From NCBI RefSeq assembly GCF_963921235.1, contig NC_086097.1, forward strand, positions 130,016,001-130,080,000: a stretch of DNA of 64,000 nucleotides, in the 5' to 3' direction. Positions 24,447-37,082 of this stretch are shown here, piece after piece. The DNA comes from Mobula hypostoma (taxonomy: Eukaryota). The notes beneath the pieces are model-generated. The model was not told the DNA's origin and made no database searches. It saw nothing but the letters and a program-made list of their open reading frames with translations. Within the stretch, counting starts at the first letter, position 1. Every line of letters begins with the position of its first letter. The translations under genes and the position numbers were made by a program.

Positions 24447-26419
24447 GCATGTGATAAATAAACAAATCTGATTCTGAATACATTACCCCTACATCTGCCC
24501 TCTCATGCCCTGCAAGTATTCTGCAAACTTCAACAAGATCACTTCACAATTTTTCAAGCTCAAGAGAGTCCAGGTATAGTTTGCCTGGTTTCACCTCAGC
24601 GAACTATCCTCACATGGAGAATCTTCACAGGCTTCCTTCATTAGGGAGGACCAGATCCATACACAATATTTATCCTTCCACCTCAAAACTTTGTGTAAAT
24701 GGAGTGATAGCTGCAGGAGGGGAGTGGAAAGATATCTTTGAAGAAAAAAGGTTAACTGAAGGGTCATATCTGCCGTTATTAACTTGACAATTATGCAGGT
24801 TCATTTGGATTGACAAATTGCACATTTTATAGCCCTCATGAGAAGGTATTTATCTATTTCTCAACACATATACATTTTTGGAAGAGCCAGCATTTATTGC
24901 CACCAAGTAAATGTGAGCCAACTTTGCTTACAATCTGACAGAATCCCCCGCAATTCCGAGGGGAATTTTGAAATGTCAACCACATTCTTAAGAGTCTAGA
25001 GCAGGGGTTCCCAAAGATTTTTTTTTTAACGCTATGGACCAATACCATTATTGCGGTTTGTAGACCCTGGTCTAGAGTCACTTATGGGCCAAAGAAAGTA
25101 ATTTCCTCTCCAGAAGGATATTTAATAAACCAGATAGATTTTGTGACTATTTATGTATACCATCAACAAAACTGACTTTAATTAATTGAATGTAAAAGTC
25201 CACAACTGCTGTAGTGGGACTTGAACTCACATCTCTGGGCAGTTAGCCCAGGGCTACTTGATTGATTTACCTGACCACTGCATCTCTACCAGTGTAGGTG
25301 CCCAAGCCTCTCAAGCGTTACTGCTCAAAATCTGACACCAAGATACACGAAGCTCCTCTTCCCAATCAACACTACGCACCACTCTGACAAAAGATTTTCA
25401 AACTGAAACAGTAACCAGTTCTTTATACTGGTATTGTGTGATCTGCTTCATGTCTCCAGCATTGTTTTTTTTTGTTTCGAGTTTTAGCATTTCATTCAAA
25501 GTCACTTACAAAAATGTCCTCTTCCTTAACTCAAACAATTTTGAACAGCTTCTGTTTCAAGACCTCTACAGTCTATATCACTTAATGTTACCTTTGCATC
25601 CTGCAAAGGTTGGTACCTCTATTAATTCATATCTTTGCTTGAAATTATCCGGTTCAAGGCACGAATTTCCCAGCTTTCAAAATACCCAAAAGAACATTCA
25701 GTGGATAAGTTCAAAAATACCCATGTTTTACACACGATATTTAAGTACATTCTAATTTAATTTGGTAACAGAAGTTTGAGTCTCTTTACAAAGAAAAATA
25801 TAAACAAACCACTTCTTTCATTAGCATCTTGGATATGAGATATAGGAGCTGAATTAGGCCAGTTGGCCTCTCAAGTCTGCTCTGCCAACTTGTGAAAAGC
25901 TGGTATTCAGTTCAGATTGCACAGAGTAATACAATGACACAGCTGGGCTTCATTTAGCCTGTAAAGTACCAAAGAACTACTTAAAAGAGTAAAGATACAG
26001 CACAAACTTACAATCAAATATGCATCCTACTGACTGAAAATAACGGATGATCTTAACTGAATAATCTTAAAATGAGGTTGCGTCAGGCAGAAAGACACAG
26101 TAAGGAAGACACACAGCAGGGGTGCGGTTATGGGTGAACAAGGTGTTAGGATACGTGTAGCAGAATTCTGGATGAGCTCAAAACATGCAGAGCAGGGTTC
26201 TGACTCGGAATGGCTCCATTTGATGTAGCAAATAAAATCCTAAACTGTCACTGAACACTGCACTGTTCAACTACTTCCTACTGCGTGGAAAATTAAAATA
26301 AGACAGCACGACTTTCTTCACAAAATAAACTTGTATTGCTTTTTTGTCATGAACTATGCATCCTTTGTATAATCTCAATAAAAGGGGTCAATGATCTTCA
26401 GGTTAGTTTGAAGAAGGCT

Positions 26420-28252
26420 CCAACCAACTCCCACCAACATCACCTGTAGAAACAGAGGAGCTGACACACTCGACCACAGTTAAACCACCATCAAGAACAC
26501 TTACAGTGCCATCCCACACTTTCATTTTGCGAAGTCCAATCACCTGGCTATACTTCTTCTTTTGATATACAGACACAGACTGAGGACCACAGAGCCAGTG
26601 GTGAAAACTATGAGGGCGTGATCAAGGGAGGAGGAGGAGAGTTTACAGGACTGCTTTGAATTGGTTGTCTGGGCCACATCCAGGGATTCATCTTTGGATC
26701 TGAATGGAATATGCCACGGCTATCACTAAATCCTCAAGACATGTCGATGAATGTTCGCATTTGAGAACATACTGAGTCTTCCCAAACCAGAGCCAGGAGA
26801 TTTGCAGTCTGCTGAGGGCTATATTTGCTAGACCCAAGACTGGTGATCCAGAACCTTACAAGAAGCTTAGACACAAGCTACTGAAGCCATTGTGAGACCG
26901 AAAAAGCAACTAAGTGAAGCTAGAGACAGAATCGGATGCATGACAGCAGTGGCAGGGTTTGCACGTCATTACTTCCAATAATGCAAATCTAACAGCATAA
27001 ATAGCAGTGATGCTTCACTTCCTGAACAGCTCAATGCCTTTTATGCACACTGTGAAATGGAGAATAACACTACAGTTGTATGAATTCTCACAACATCTAG
27101 TGACCCTGTGATCTCTGTCTCAGAGGTTTACAGTGAATGCAATCTTACTGGCTCTCCACTCTGCTTTGGAGTGTCAAGATATCTACAAGACATATGTCAG
27201 GCTATTGTTTTTCATTGCAGCTTAGCATTCAACTCCATCAGTCTCTCAGTACTAATTGCAATGCTTCAAAACCTGGGTCTCTGTACCTTCCTCTGCAACT
27301 GGATCTTCGACTTACTCATTGGGACACCACAGCCAGTGTGGATCAGTGATAACTCTCCTCCTTGCTATCAATGCAAGTGCACCTCAAGTCTGCATGATCT
27401 ACTCTCTCTACCCCAATGCTATGTGGCAGAGCGACTCAAATTCACCAATGACACCACTGCGATTGATAGAATCTCAGATGCCGACGTGGAGGCTTCCAGG
27501 AGTGAGATAGATTGATCACAGAGTTGAAGGCAACTGGCGGCAACAACAGTTTCTCGCCTGTCAATGTCAGTAAGGCCAAGGAACTGATTGTGGACATCAG
27601 GAAGGAAAGTCAGGAGAACAAACACCAGTCCTCAATAAAGGGTCAGCAGTGTAAAGGGTGAGCAACCTTAGTTCCTGGGTGTCAACATCTCCAAGGATCT
27701 ACCCTGAGCCCAACACATTAATGTTATCATGAAGGAGGTACAGCAGTGGCTATTCTTCATTAGAAGCTTCGGGGGATTTGGTATGTTACCAAAGACTCTT
27801 ACAAGTGTTTATAGATGTACAGTGGAGAGCATTCTGACTGGTTGCATCACAATGCTATGGAGCCTCCAAAGCACAAGTGGCTGCAGAGGGTTTTAGACTC
27901 AACCAGCTCCAATACACGGACAAGATTCCTCGCTATTGAGGACATTTTCAATAAGCGGTGCTGCAAGAAAGCAGCATCCACAATTAAGGCCCTCTCTATT
28001 CAGGGCATGGCCCTCTTCTCGTTACTGCCATTAGGGAGAAGGTATAGGAGTCTAAAGACATACATTCAATGATTTAGGAGCAGATTCTTCCCTTCTGAAA
28101 GGTCTGTGTCCCATTAGCACCATTTCATTATTCCATTTTTCAACTTATTATTTATTTTTGCAATATATATATTTTAATGTCTTTGTACTCTACTGCTATC
28201 GTATAACAAATTTCAGATCATAAATCAGCGATAATAAATCTAATTCTGATTC
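26420..28252 (+). mobile_element. Rex1/Babar-type LINE, long decayed copy
   Basis: Endonuclease remnant YSAIPH..KSNHLAILL, LPEQLNAFYA, LCNWIFDLL, KFTNDTT, VSKAKELIVD, ESILTGCI; (TCTGAT)-like tail. Confidence 0.8.
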
Positions 28253-29257
28253 AAGGAGAGAAAGGGGCAAAGTAATCTCCTGGGTTGGGTCTCTAACTAT
28301 TTATAGGCTCTCAATTTATTTTCCAGTAATTCATCAATCTCCTGGTGCAGCGCAAGCATAAATCACACAAATGAATGTCCTCCAAGCACAGAGGCGGGGG
28401 TGGCTTTCCACTGGCTGCTAGATTCTGACAACCTGATCGTTAGAGAAGAACACACTCTCTGTCGTAGCTGGAAAATGGCTCTTCGAAACCTGAGGTAAGA
28501 ACCTTCTGCTGGAGTCAGAGCTGATGGCCTTCTGGGATGGGCATAGAAACCAAGACAAGGCAAAAGAGAACAAGACGACTAAAACAGGTAGCAAATGTCA
28601 AGATGCAACTCTTTAAAGTTTTGATCAGGCCACATTTGGAGTACTAAATGCAGTCTGGTTGCCCCATTACAGGAAGGATGTGGAGGCTTTGGAGAGGGTG
28701 CAGTAGAGATTCATCACAATGTAGCCTGAATGGAGAGAGTACCGATAAGGAAAGGTTAATTTTTCCTGGAGTGTTGCAGGCTGATGGAACATACCTGATA
28801 GTAATATATAAAATTATAAGATACATACACGCAGTGGCCACTTTATTAGGTACAGGTGTACACCTGCTTATTGATGCAAATATCTGGTCAGCACGAACTC
28901 AGTGGGCTGAAGGGCCAGTTCCTGTGCTGGACTGTTCTATGTCCTATAGGTTCTATGAGTATGCAGGAGGGAGGGAGGAAGGATGCAAGTGAATGAAAAT
29001 ATAAACAAGGAAAACATATGAGAGAGTAAACAACAGAGGGTGAAAGAAGGAAACACACTGAGAGAATGGACAAAGAATGTAAGAAAACACTGCAAAAGAT
29101 CACATAGAACACTTCACCACACACTTTTTGCTGTTCATATATAGTTGCAAACTTCATACATAGAAACATAGAAACATAGAAAATAGGTGCAGGAGTAGGC
29201 CATTCGGCCCTTCGAGCCTGCACCGCTATTTATTATGATCATGGCTGATCATCCAAC

Positions 29258-32200
29258 TCAGAACCCCGCCCCAGCCTTCCCTCCATACCCCCTGACCCCT
29301 GTAGCCACAAGGGCCATATCTAACTCCCTCTTAAACATAGCCAATGAACTGGCCTCAACAGTTTGCTGTTGCAGAGAATTCCACAGATTCACCACTCTCT
29401 GTGTGAAGAAGTTTTTCCTAATCTCGGTCCTAAAAGGCTTCCCCTCTATCCTCAAACTGTGACCCCTCGTTCTGGACTTCCCCAACATCGGGAACAATCT
29501 TCCTGCATCTAGCCTGTCCAATCCCTTTAGGATCTTATACGTTTCAATCAGATTCCCCCTCAATCGTCTAAATTCCAACGAGTACAAGCCCAGTTCATCC
29601 AGTCTTTCTTCATATGAAAGTCCTGCCATCCCAGGAATCAATCTGGTGAACCTTCTTTGTACTCCTTCTATGGCAAAGATGTCTTTCCTCAGATTAGGGG
29701 ACCAAAACTGCACACAATACTCCAGGTGTGGTCTCACCAAGGCCTTGTACAACTGCAGTAGTACCTCCCTGCTCCTGTACTCGAATCCTCTCACTATAAA
29801 TGCCAGCATACCATTCGCCTTTTTCACCGCCTGCTGTACCTGCATGCCCACTTTCAATGACTGGTGTATAATGACACCCAGGTCTCGTTGCACCTCCCCT
29901 TTTCCTAATCGGCCACCATTCAGATAATAATCTGTTTTCCTATTTTTGCCACCAAAGTGGATAACTTCATATTTATCCACATTAAATTGCATCTGCCATG
30001 AGTTTGCCCACTCACCCAACCTATCCAAGTCACCCTGCATCCTCTTAGCATCCTCCTCACTGCTAACACTGCCACCCAGCTTCGTGTCATCCGCAAACTT
30101 GGAGATGCTGCATTTAATTCCCTCATCCAAGTCATTAATATATATTGTAAACAACTGGGGTCCCAGCACTGAGCCTTGCGGTACCCCACTAGTCACCGCC
30201 TGCCATTCTGAAAAGGTCCCGTTTATTCCCACTCTTTGCTTCCTGTCTGCCAACCAATTCTCCACCCACACCAATACCTTACCCCCAATACTGTGTGCTT
30301 TAAGTTTCCACACTAATCTCCTGTGTGGGACCTTGTCAAAAGCCTTTTGAAAATCCAAATATACCACATCCACTGGTTCTCCCCTATCCACTCTACTGGT
30401 TACATCCTCAAAAAATTCTATGAGATTCGTCAGACATGATTTTCCTTTCACAAATCCATGCTGACTTTGTCCGATCATTTCTCCGCTTTCCAAATGTGCT
30501 GTTATCACATCCTTGATAACTGACTCCAGCAGTTTCCCCACCACCGACGTTAGGCTAACCGGTGTATAATTCCCCGGTTTCTCTCTCCCTCCTTTTTTAA
30601 AAATTGGGGTTACATTAGCCACCCTCCAATCCTCAGGAACTAGTCCAGAATCTAACGAGTTTTGAAAAATTATCACTAATGCATCCACTATTTCTTGGGC
30701 TACTTCCTTAAGCACTCTAGGATGCAGACCATCTGGCCCTGGGGATTTATCTGCCTTCAATCCCTTCAATTTACCTAACACCACTTCCCTACTAACATGT
30801 ATTTCACTCAGTTCCTCCATCTCACTGGACCCTCTGTCCCCTCCTATTTCTGGAAGATTATTTATGTCCTCCTTAGTGAAGACAGAACCAAAGTAATTAT
30901 TCAATTGATCTGCCATGTCCTTGCTCCCCATAATCAATTCACCTGTTTCTGTCTGCAGGGGACCTACATTTGTCTTTACCAGTCTTTTCCTTTTTACATA
31001 TCTATAAAAGCTTTTACAGTCCGTTTTTATGTTCTCTGCCAGTTTTCTCTCATAATCTTTTTTCCCCTTCCTAATTAAGCCCTTTGTCCTCCTCTGCTGA
31101 ACTCTGAATTTCTCCCAGTCCTCAGGTGAGCCACTTTCTCTGGCTAATTTGTATGCTACTTCTTTGGAATTGATACTATCCCTAATTTCTCTTGTCAGCC
31201 ACGGGTGCACTACCTTACTTGATTTATTCTTTTGCCAAACTGGGATGAACAATTGTAGTTCATCCATGCAACCTTTAAATGCTTGCCATTGCATATCCAC
31301 CGTCAATTCTTTAAGTGTCATTTGCCAGTCTATTTTAGCTAATTCACGTCTCATACCTTCAAAGTTACCCCTCTTTAAGTTCAGAACCTTTGTTTCTGAA
31401 TTAACTATGTCACTCTCCATATTAATGAAGAATTCCACCATATTATGGTCACTCTTACCCAAGGGGCCTCTCACGACAAGATCGCTAATTAACCCTTCCT
31501 CATTGCTCAAAACCCAGTCCAGAATAGCCTGCTCTCTAGTTGGTTCCTCGACAAGTTGGTTCAAAAAACCATCCCGCATACATTCCAAGAAATCCTCTTC
31601 CTCAGCACCTTTACCAATTTGGTTCACCCAGTCTACATGTAGATTGAAGTCACCCATTATAACTGCTGTTCCTTTATTGCACACATTTCTAATTTCCTGT
31701 TTAATACCATCTCCGACCTCACTACTACTGTTAGGTGGCCTGTACACAACTCCCACCAGCGTCTTCTGCCCCTTAGTGTTACGCAGCTCTACCCATATCG
31801 ATTCCACATCTTCCCGGCTTATGTCCTTCCTTTCTATTGCGTTAATCTCTTCTTTAACCAGCAACGCCACCCCACCTCCCCTTCCTTCATGTCTATCCCT
31901 CCTGAATATTGAATATCCCCGAACGTTGAGCTCCCATCCCTGGTCACCCTGGAGCCATGTCTCTGTGATCCCAACTATATCATAATCATTAATAACAATC
32001 TGCACTTTCAATTCATCTACCTTATTACGAATGCTCCTTGCATTGACACATAAAGCCTTCAGGCGCTCTTTTACAACTCTCTTAGCCCTTATACAATTAT
32101 GTTGAAAAGTGGCCCTTTTTAATGCTTGCCCTGGATTTGTCGGCCTGCCACTTTTACTTTTCTCCTTTGTACTTTTTGCTTCTACGCTCACTTTACACCC

Positions 32201-32287
32201 CTCTGTCTCTCTGCACTGGTTCCCATCCCTCTGTTGTGAACTAACCTCCTCACGCCTAGCCTCTTTAATTTGATTCCCACCCCCCAA
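29258..32287 (-). CDS. CR1 ORF2: AP endonuclease + reverse transcriptase (1009 codons, no stop)
   Basis: APE motifs CVNARS, GITETW, MGDFN, KSDH; RT motifs [26 protein letters not shown]. The listed start is TTG, not ATG. Confidence 0.95.
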   Translation of the reverse strand: MGGGNQIKEARREEVSSQQRDGNQCRETEGCKVSVEAKSTKEKSKSGRPTNPGQALKRATFQHNCIRAKRVVKERLKALCVNARSIRNKVDELKVQIVINDYDIVGITETWLQGDQGWELNVRGYSIFRRDRHEGRGGGVALLVKEEINAIERKDISREDVESIWVELRNTKGQKTLVGVVYRPPNSSSEVGDGIKQEIRNVCNKGTAVIMGDFNLHVDWVNQIGKGAEEEDFLECMRDGFLNQLVEEPTREQAILDWVLSNEEGLISDLVVRGPLGKSDHNMVEFFINMESDIVNSETKVLNLKRGNFEGMRRELAKIDWQMTLKELTVDMQWQAFKGCMDELQLFIPVWQKNKSSKVVHPWLTREIRDSINSKEVAYKLARESGSPEDWEKFRVQQRRTKGLIRKGKKDYERKLAENIKTDCKSFYRYVKRKRLVKTNVGPLQTETGELIMGSKDMADQLNNYFGSVFTKEDINNLPEIGGDRGSSEMEELSEIHVSREVVLGKLKGLKADKSPGPDGLHPRVLKEVAQEIVDALVIIFQNSLDSGLVPEDWRVANVTPIFKKGGREKPGNYTPVSLTSVVGKLLESVIKDVITAHLESGEMIGQSQHGFVKGKSCLTNLIEFFEDVTSRVDRGEPVDVVYLDFQKAFDKVPHRRLVWKLKAHSIGGKVLVWVENWLADRKQRVGINGTFSEWQAVTSGVPQGSVLGPQLFTIYINDLDEGIKCSISKFADDTKLGGSVSSEEDAKRMQGDLDRLGEWANSWQMQFNVDKYEVIHFGGKNRKTDYYLNGGRLGKGEVQRDLGVIIHQSLKVGMQVQQAVKKANGMLAFIVRGFEYRSREVLLQLYKALVRPHLEYCVQFWSPNLRKDIFAIEGVQRRFTRLIPGMAGLSYEERLDELGLYSLEFRRLRGNLIETYKILKGLDRLDAGRLFPMLGKSRTRGHSLRIEGKPFRTEIRKNFFTQRVVNLWNSLQQQTVEASSLAMFKRELDMALVATGVRGYGGKAGAGF

Positions 32288-32292
32288 CCATT

Positions 32293-32707
32293 CTAGTTTA
32301 AAGTCACCTCAGTAGCCCTCGCTAATCTCCCTGCCAGGATATTGGTCCCCCTCGGATTCAAGTGTAACCCGTCCTTTTTGTACAGGTCACGCCTGCGCCA
32401 AAAGAGGTCCCAATGATCCAAAAACTTGAATCCCTGCCCCCTGCTCCAATCCCTCAGCCACGCATTTATCCTCCACCTCATCGCATTCCTACTCTCACTG
32501 TCGCGTGGCACAGGCAGTAATCCCGAGATTACTACCTTTGCGGTCCTTTTTCTCAACTCCCTTCCTAGCTCCCTATATTCTCCTTTCAGGACCTCATCCC
32601 TTTTCCTACCTATGTCATTGGTACCTATATGTACCACGACCTCTGGCTCCTCACCCTCCCACTTCAGGATATCTTGGACACGATCAGAAATATCCCGGAC
32701 CCTGGCA
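32293..32707 (-). CDS. CR1 ORF1 C-terminal SGNH/GDSL esterase-like domain (partial)
   Basis: VHIGTND and DGLHLN blocks; ends ...EVTLN-stop. Confidence 0.9.
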
Positions 32708-35700
32708 TCTTTTCATCATTCCTAGTTCAGGGCTCCTGTACCAGTAATGTGTTGAAAATCCACCAATATTTAATGAAAAGAATTAAAGACACTGTAGCAG
32801 AAAGGATACCTAAAAATACAGTGCTAACTTGTTGAAGATGCACAAGGTAAAATGTATGGGTCACCTTCAAACCCAATCTCCAGCCAAACCTGTAATCCTA
32901 AATCATACAGTTTGTAATTTTCCTCCCACTCAATCTCTCTCCCTTGTCAGAAGATACTCTTCACAAAGTACTTGTTACAGTAACCTGTACTTAGCAGTCC
33001 TGAAGTCCCCAGTGTCAAATTACCTTAATATTATTCCTGTGATATACCTGGAGAGGTTTAGCTATGTTCTAAAAATGTAAATGCCCAAACTACTGACTTA
33101 AAGAGGGGAATGTTACCTTTTAAACCACAGAGGTGGTAAAAGATTTAGTGTAGAGTATGACAATGGGCTTAAAGAATTAAAATTGTGTTCAATGTTACTC
33201 AAGCACAATGGAGGGATCTACCTAATGCTGCATAATTAATACACAGAAATAAAAATAGGGCAAAGTCATATCCATGTCAATAAAATCATTCCTGAAAAGA
33301 AATGACATAGTAGAGAACATCTGGTAAAATTGAGTCAGTCATACAGCACTGGAAAAGACTCTTCTCCCTGACTTGCTCATGCTTACTGAGATGTCCATCT
33401 CTAGTAATCCCACTTGTCTGCATAGGGCCCATATCTCCCTAATCCCTTCCTATCCATACAGTTGTCCAAATATCTCTTAAATATTCTAACAGTACCTGCC
33501 ACTACCACTTCTTGTGGTAGCTTGATCCATATACCCACCACCCCATGTGAAAAACATGTCCCTCAGTTCCCCTTTAAGCCCTTCCCATCCCACCCTAAAC
33601 CTGTGTCCTCTAGTTACAGACTCTCCTACCCTCAGAAAAAGATTGACTTTCTACCTTGGCCATACGCTCCTCAAAATTTTATAAACCTCAGTAAAGTCAC
33701 CTCTCAGCCTCCTGCACTCCAGTGAGAGTGATCCCAGCCTATCAAGTCTCTCTTTCTAACTACAACACCCCATTCAGGGTGTTGCTGTGCACATTCTTGA
33801 TGACCTTGTGGATTTCCCTTGAGTACCTCCCACATCCCAACGTACAAGTTCTGAAGAAGAGCCAGCCCCCGACCAGAAATGTTAACTGTTTTCCGTGTCC
33901 ATGGAGATATGAAAGACTGCAAACGCTGGAATCTGCTGGAGGAACTCAGTGGTTTGAGTAGCATCTGTGGAAGGAGAGGGAATGTCGACATTTTGGGTTG
34001 AAGCCCCATAGCAGTTCTGATTCAGGGTATCAACCTGAAACATCAACAATTTCTCCCCACCTCACAATTGATGTCTAACCCCAAGTTTCCCCGTAAGATT
34101 GTTTGTTATCCTTTCCATGGAGGCTGTTTCACCTGCTGAGCGTTTCCAGTATTTCTTGTTTTTACCCTGAAGGTGTGCTAGTCAATAGAGAAACTGGCCA
34201 CTGTAAATTACCCACAGTGTGCAGGTGAGTGGGAGAATCTGGGGGTAGATGGTGGGTTTGTGAGGCAAATAAGTTACATGAAATTCTAAGAGAGAATTGG
34301 GATTGCTCTAGAGCCAGTACTGAATTGAAGGGCCATTTTCTGTGTCATGAGGAAATATACAATGCAGTTGTAAAAAAAAATTAAGCAACTGAAGTCGCAT
34401 CAGAATCAGGTATTCCCATAGCGAGCAGATCAAAGCCTGATACCAAGTATAAGGCCAAGCTCAGTTTCTCTTTCACCACATTTGAGGCAGAGGCAGCTCA
34501 TTAACTATACACAACAATGTTTGATGGTATCAATTAATCTTCTAATCTACCTGTATAAAAATAACCACAAATCCCCCATTAAATTTAACCTCTTTTCCAA
34601 ATTTAAAACATCTTGGATAATATATTGTTCTAGTCACCACCCATTAATAACCTTCCTGATCCTGTGAAATGATTTTGGGAAGCCCACAAAATCTTGCACC
34701 CGGGAGATCGCTTAATTGATTCGCTTTTCTTTGCTGAATTGCTCCTTAGGGCAGACTGTACCTGGACTTGAAGCTGCACCACCATTCTGTTCACTCCTAA
34801 GTGACTTAGGCATAAGTGTGCTAAGTACTGACACAGCATTGACCAAGTGTTTTCACTGTATTGTAAATCTTGATTTATACACACTCATGCACAGAGTCTT
34901 TAGTCAATTCCTGGTAAAGTCTTAGAGTTACACTGTCTCTTTGAGAGCTTAAAGCTCTGCTCAAACATTGAAGTATTTACTGAAATGAGGAACTTGTATC
35001 TATACAGCACCTTTCAGAACAGGCTGCAAAGGTGGTACAGTAGTTAATTACCTGAATAACAATCTGGGGACACAAGTTCAAATAGCAGCTAGGAAATTTA
35101 AAACCACAAGAGATAGGAGCAGAATTAGGCCATTCAGCCCATCAAGTATGCAACACCACTGAATTATGGCAGGCAATTTCTTTTGTTTCTCCTTCTATAG
35201 CTCTTAATTCCCTTTACCAATCAAGAACCTCTGCCTTAGTGACTTGGTCTTCACAGTCCTGTGCGGCAATGAATTCCACAGAAAAAAATACCCTCTGGTT
35301 GAAGAAATTCTTCCTCAGTTTTAAAGGGACATCCTTCATTTTGATAGCTCTTGGATTCTAGATTCTCCTAATAATTCTTTCCACATCCACTCTATCTAGA
35401 CCTTTCAATATTTGGTGGATTTCAATGTGATCCCTCCCTTGTTCTTCTTCTGAACTCCATCTAGTATAGGCCCAGAGCCATCAAATACTCTTCAGTAATC
35501 ATCTGGAATATGAAAAACAATACTGATCTTAGATGACCAGTAAGATTACCAGATAGATGAGTAAGCAAAACATTCATTCTCTGATATCTTAACCTGATCT
35601 GACCTATACACGACTCCAGATGAACATCATGAACATTTAAAGATAATCAAAGAGCCTAGTAACCTGTTCACTTCTATCTTTTCAAGAGCAATCTGGGATG

Positions 35701-35840
35701 TGAAATAAATGCCAGCTTTGTCGATGACACTCAGACCTCCAGAAATCTGCCAACTAAGTACCACTGGAAAATAGTCAATATTGCTTTGCAAGAAGCTCAG
35801 AAGCCATTCTGCACATTGCCACCTGGGTGCCAATACTTAC

Positions 35841-35936
35841 TGTTTCTTTGCAGAAAAATCAAGCAAGTCAGCTGGACAGCTTCCCCAATGCCACTCATCG
35901 TAAGTACTGCACGGGAGCACTGAGCAATGTGAACTT
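35841..35936 (-). CDS. Candidate coding exon (96 nt, phase 2 to 2): SSHCSVLPCSTYDEWHWGSCPADLLDFSAKK
   Basis: Acceptor cttttgcag (weak), donor ACA|gtaagt (strong); phase-compatible with exon 46903-47114; SSH-x5-CS spacing as in C9orf72 SSHLQTCGCS. Could be chance. Confidence 0.25.
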
Positions 35937-37082
35937 CTGCAAAAGCCTCAGACATCTGACATAAATACAACAGCTCCAGTAAAATTTACAGGAAGGGAGG
36001 GCTTCCAGGCAGATGGCAAATATATAATTTAAACTAACTTATCTTAATTTATCTGCGAGTGTTTTAGTTTTTTAAAAAATTATTGCCTACAACTTTTCTT
36101 GAACTGACCTGCACAATACAAATCCTACCTTATCAATAGAACATGACAGATCACCTCTTGCATGACTACAGACTAGCTTCTGACTAAGTGCTTTTTTTTC
36201 ACTAATACCTTTCGTTTTAACCCTACAGTCATTTTTCCCTTTTCACTGTTTTGTATAATTTATGTTCTGTGTGGTGTTTGCGAGAAGAATAATGAGGTAA
36301 TGCTACCTGTAGCCTTGGGCCACGGCCATTGACATAGGCTAGCCAGGTAAACCAGAACCGAAAGAATTGAAACATAATGGTGCAGGACTGATTAAAAAAG
36401 AGAGAATAAGAATTATTTCAGGTGCAGAACAGTAAAAACACCAGAAACCATCTATTGTAAGGAAGAACTCCGTGGCAGAGGCAGAGAGAAGGATCAATTA
36501 TCTGGTTAGCAGAAGATCCTAACAAGCTGGAGTAGTGGTCTGGGTGAGCAGTGGTATAAAAGTTACAGCAGCATTCAGGAACCCAAATTAGTTAGTCAGA
36601 GAACAACACAATTTACATGGTTATTTGCATAGATAAAATAAAGTGTAGTTTTGTATTAACTTGTACGGTGATTTACAAGTTAGTCGGCCATCAAAATATC
36701 TTTGATGTTGACAGAACAGTAAGTGAGCCTGATGGCAGAGTCTCGCCAACTGCCAAACTCCTTCCTTGAGGCAGTTGCTCACTTGCATCTGGCGATGTCC
36801 TGCAATGGCAAGACACTGTGCCACTGAACTAGGAGCCTGTCTCCAAGATTGGAAATTTTGCCCGGGTCATAATGGCAAATCCACCTGGTTTAAGTTAGGT
36901 AGCTGATGATTTTTGAATTAAAAAGTGCAGGAGAAACTTCCTTATTTGACTTCTCAAAAACACCATGTGATTATTAATGGCCATCTGACAGGGCAGAAAA
37001 GTCCCTGGCTTAAGATCTTGCTCAAAACATGGCAGCTTGACAGGACATCTCTCCACTGGTATGGCAGTACCAATTTTAGTAC

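Larger units (their letters stand above)
29159..32707 (-). mobile_element. Young CR1 LINE, 5'-truncated within ORF1
   Basis: ORF1 3' part plus uninterrupted ORF2, short 3' UTR and (TTTCTATG)n tail at 29159-29183. Confidence 0.97.

Noticed and set aside
25510..25566. Minus-strand exon candidate with strong gtaagt donor
   Set aside because: All three frames contain stops from the nearest plausible acceptor.
26505..26543. Minus-strand exon candidate with gtaagt donor
   Set aside because: Lies inside the endonuclease remnant of a plus-strand Rex1/Babar-type LINE.
31149..31985. 278-aa plus-strand ORF (and 205-aa twin at 52151-52768)
   Set aside because: Antisense shadow of CR1 ORF2; present twice only because the two CR1 copies are nearly identical.
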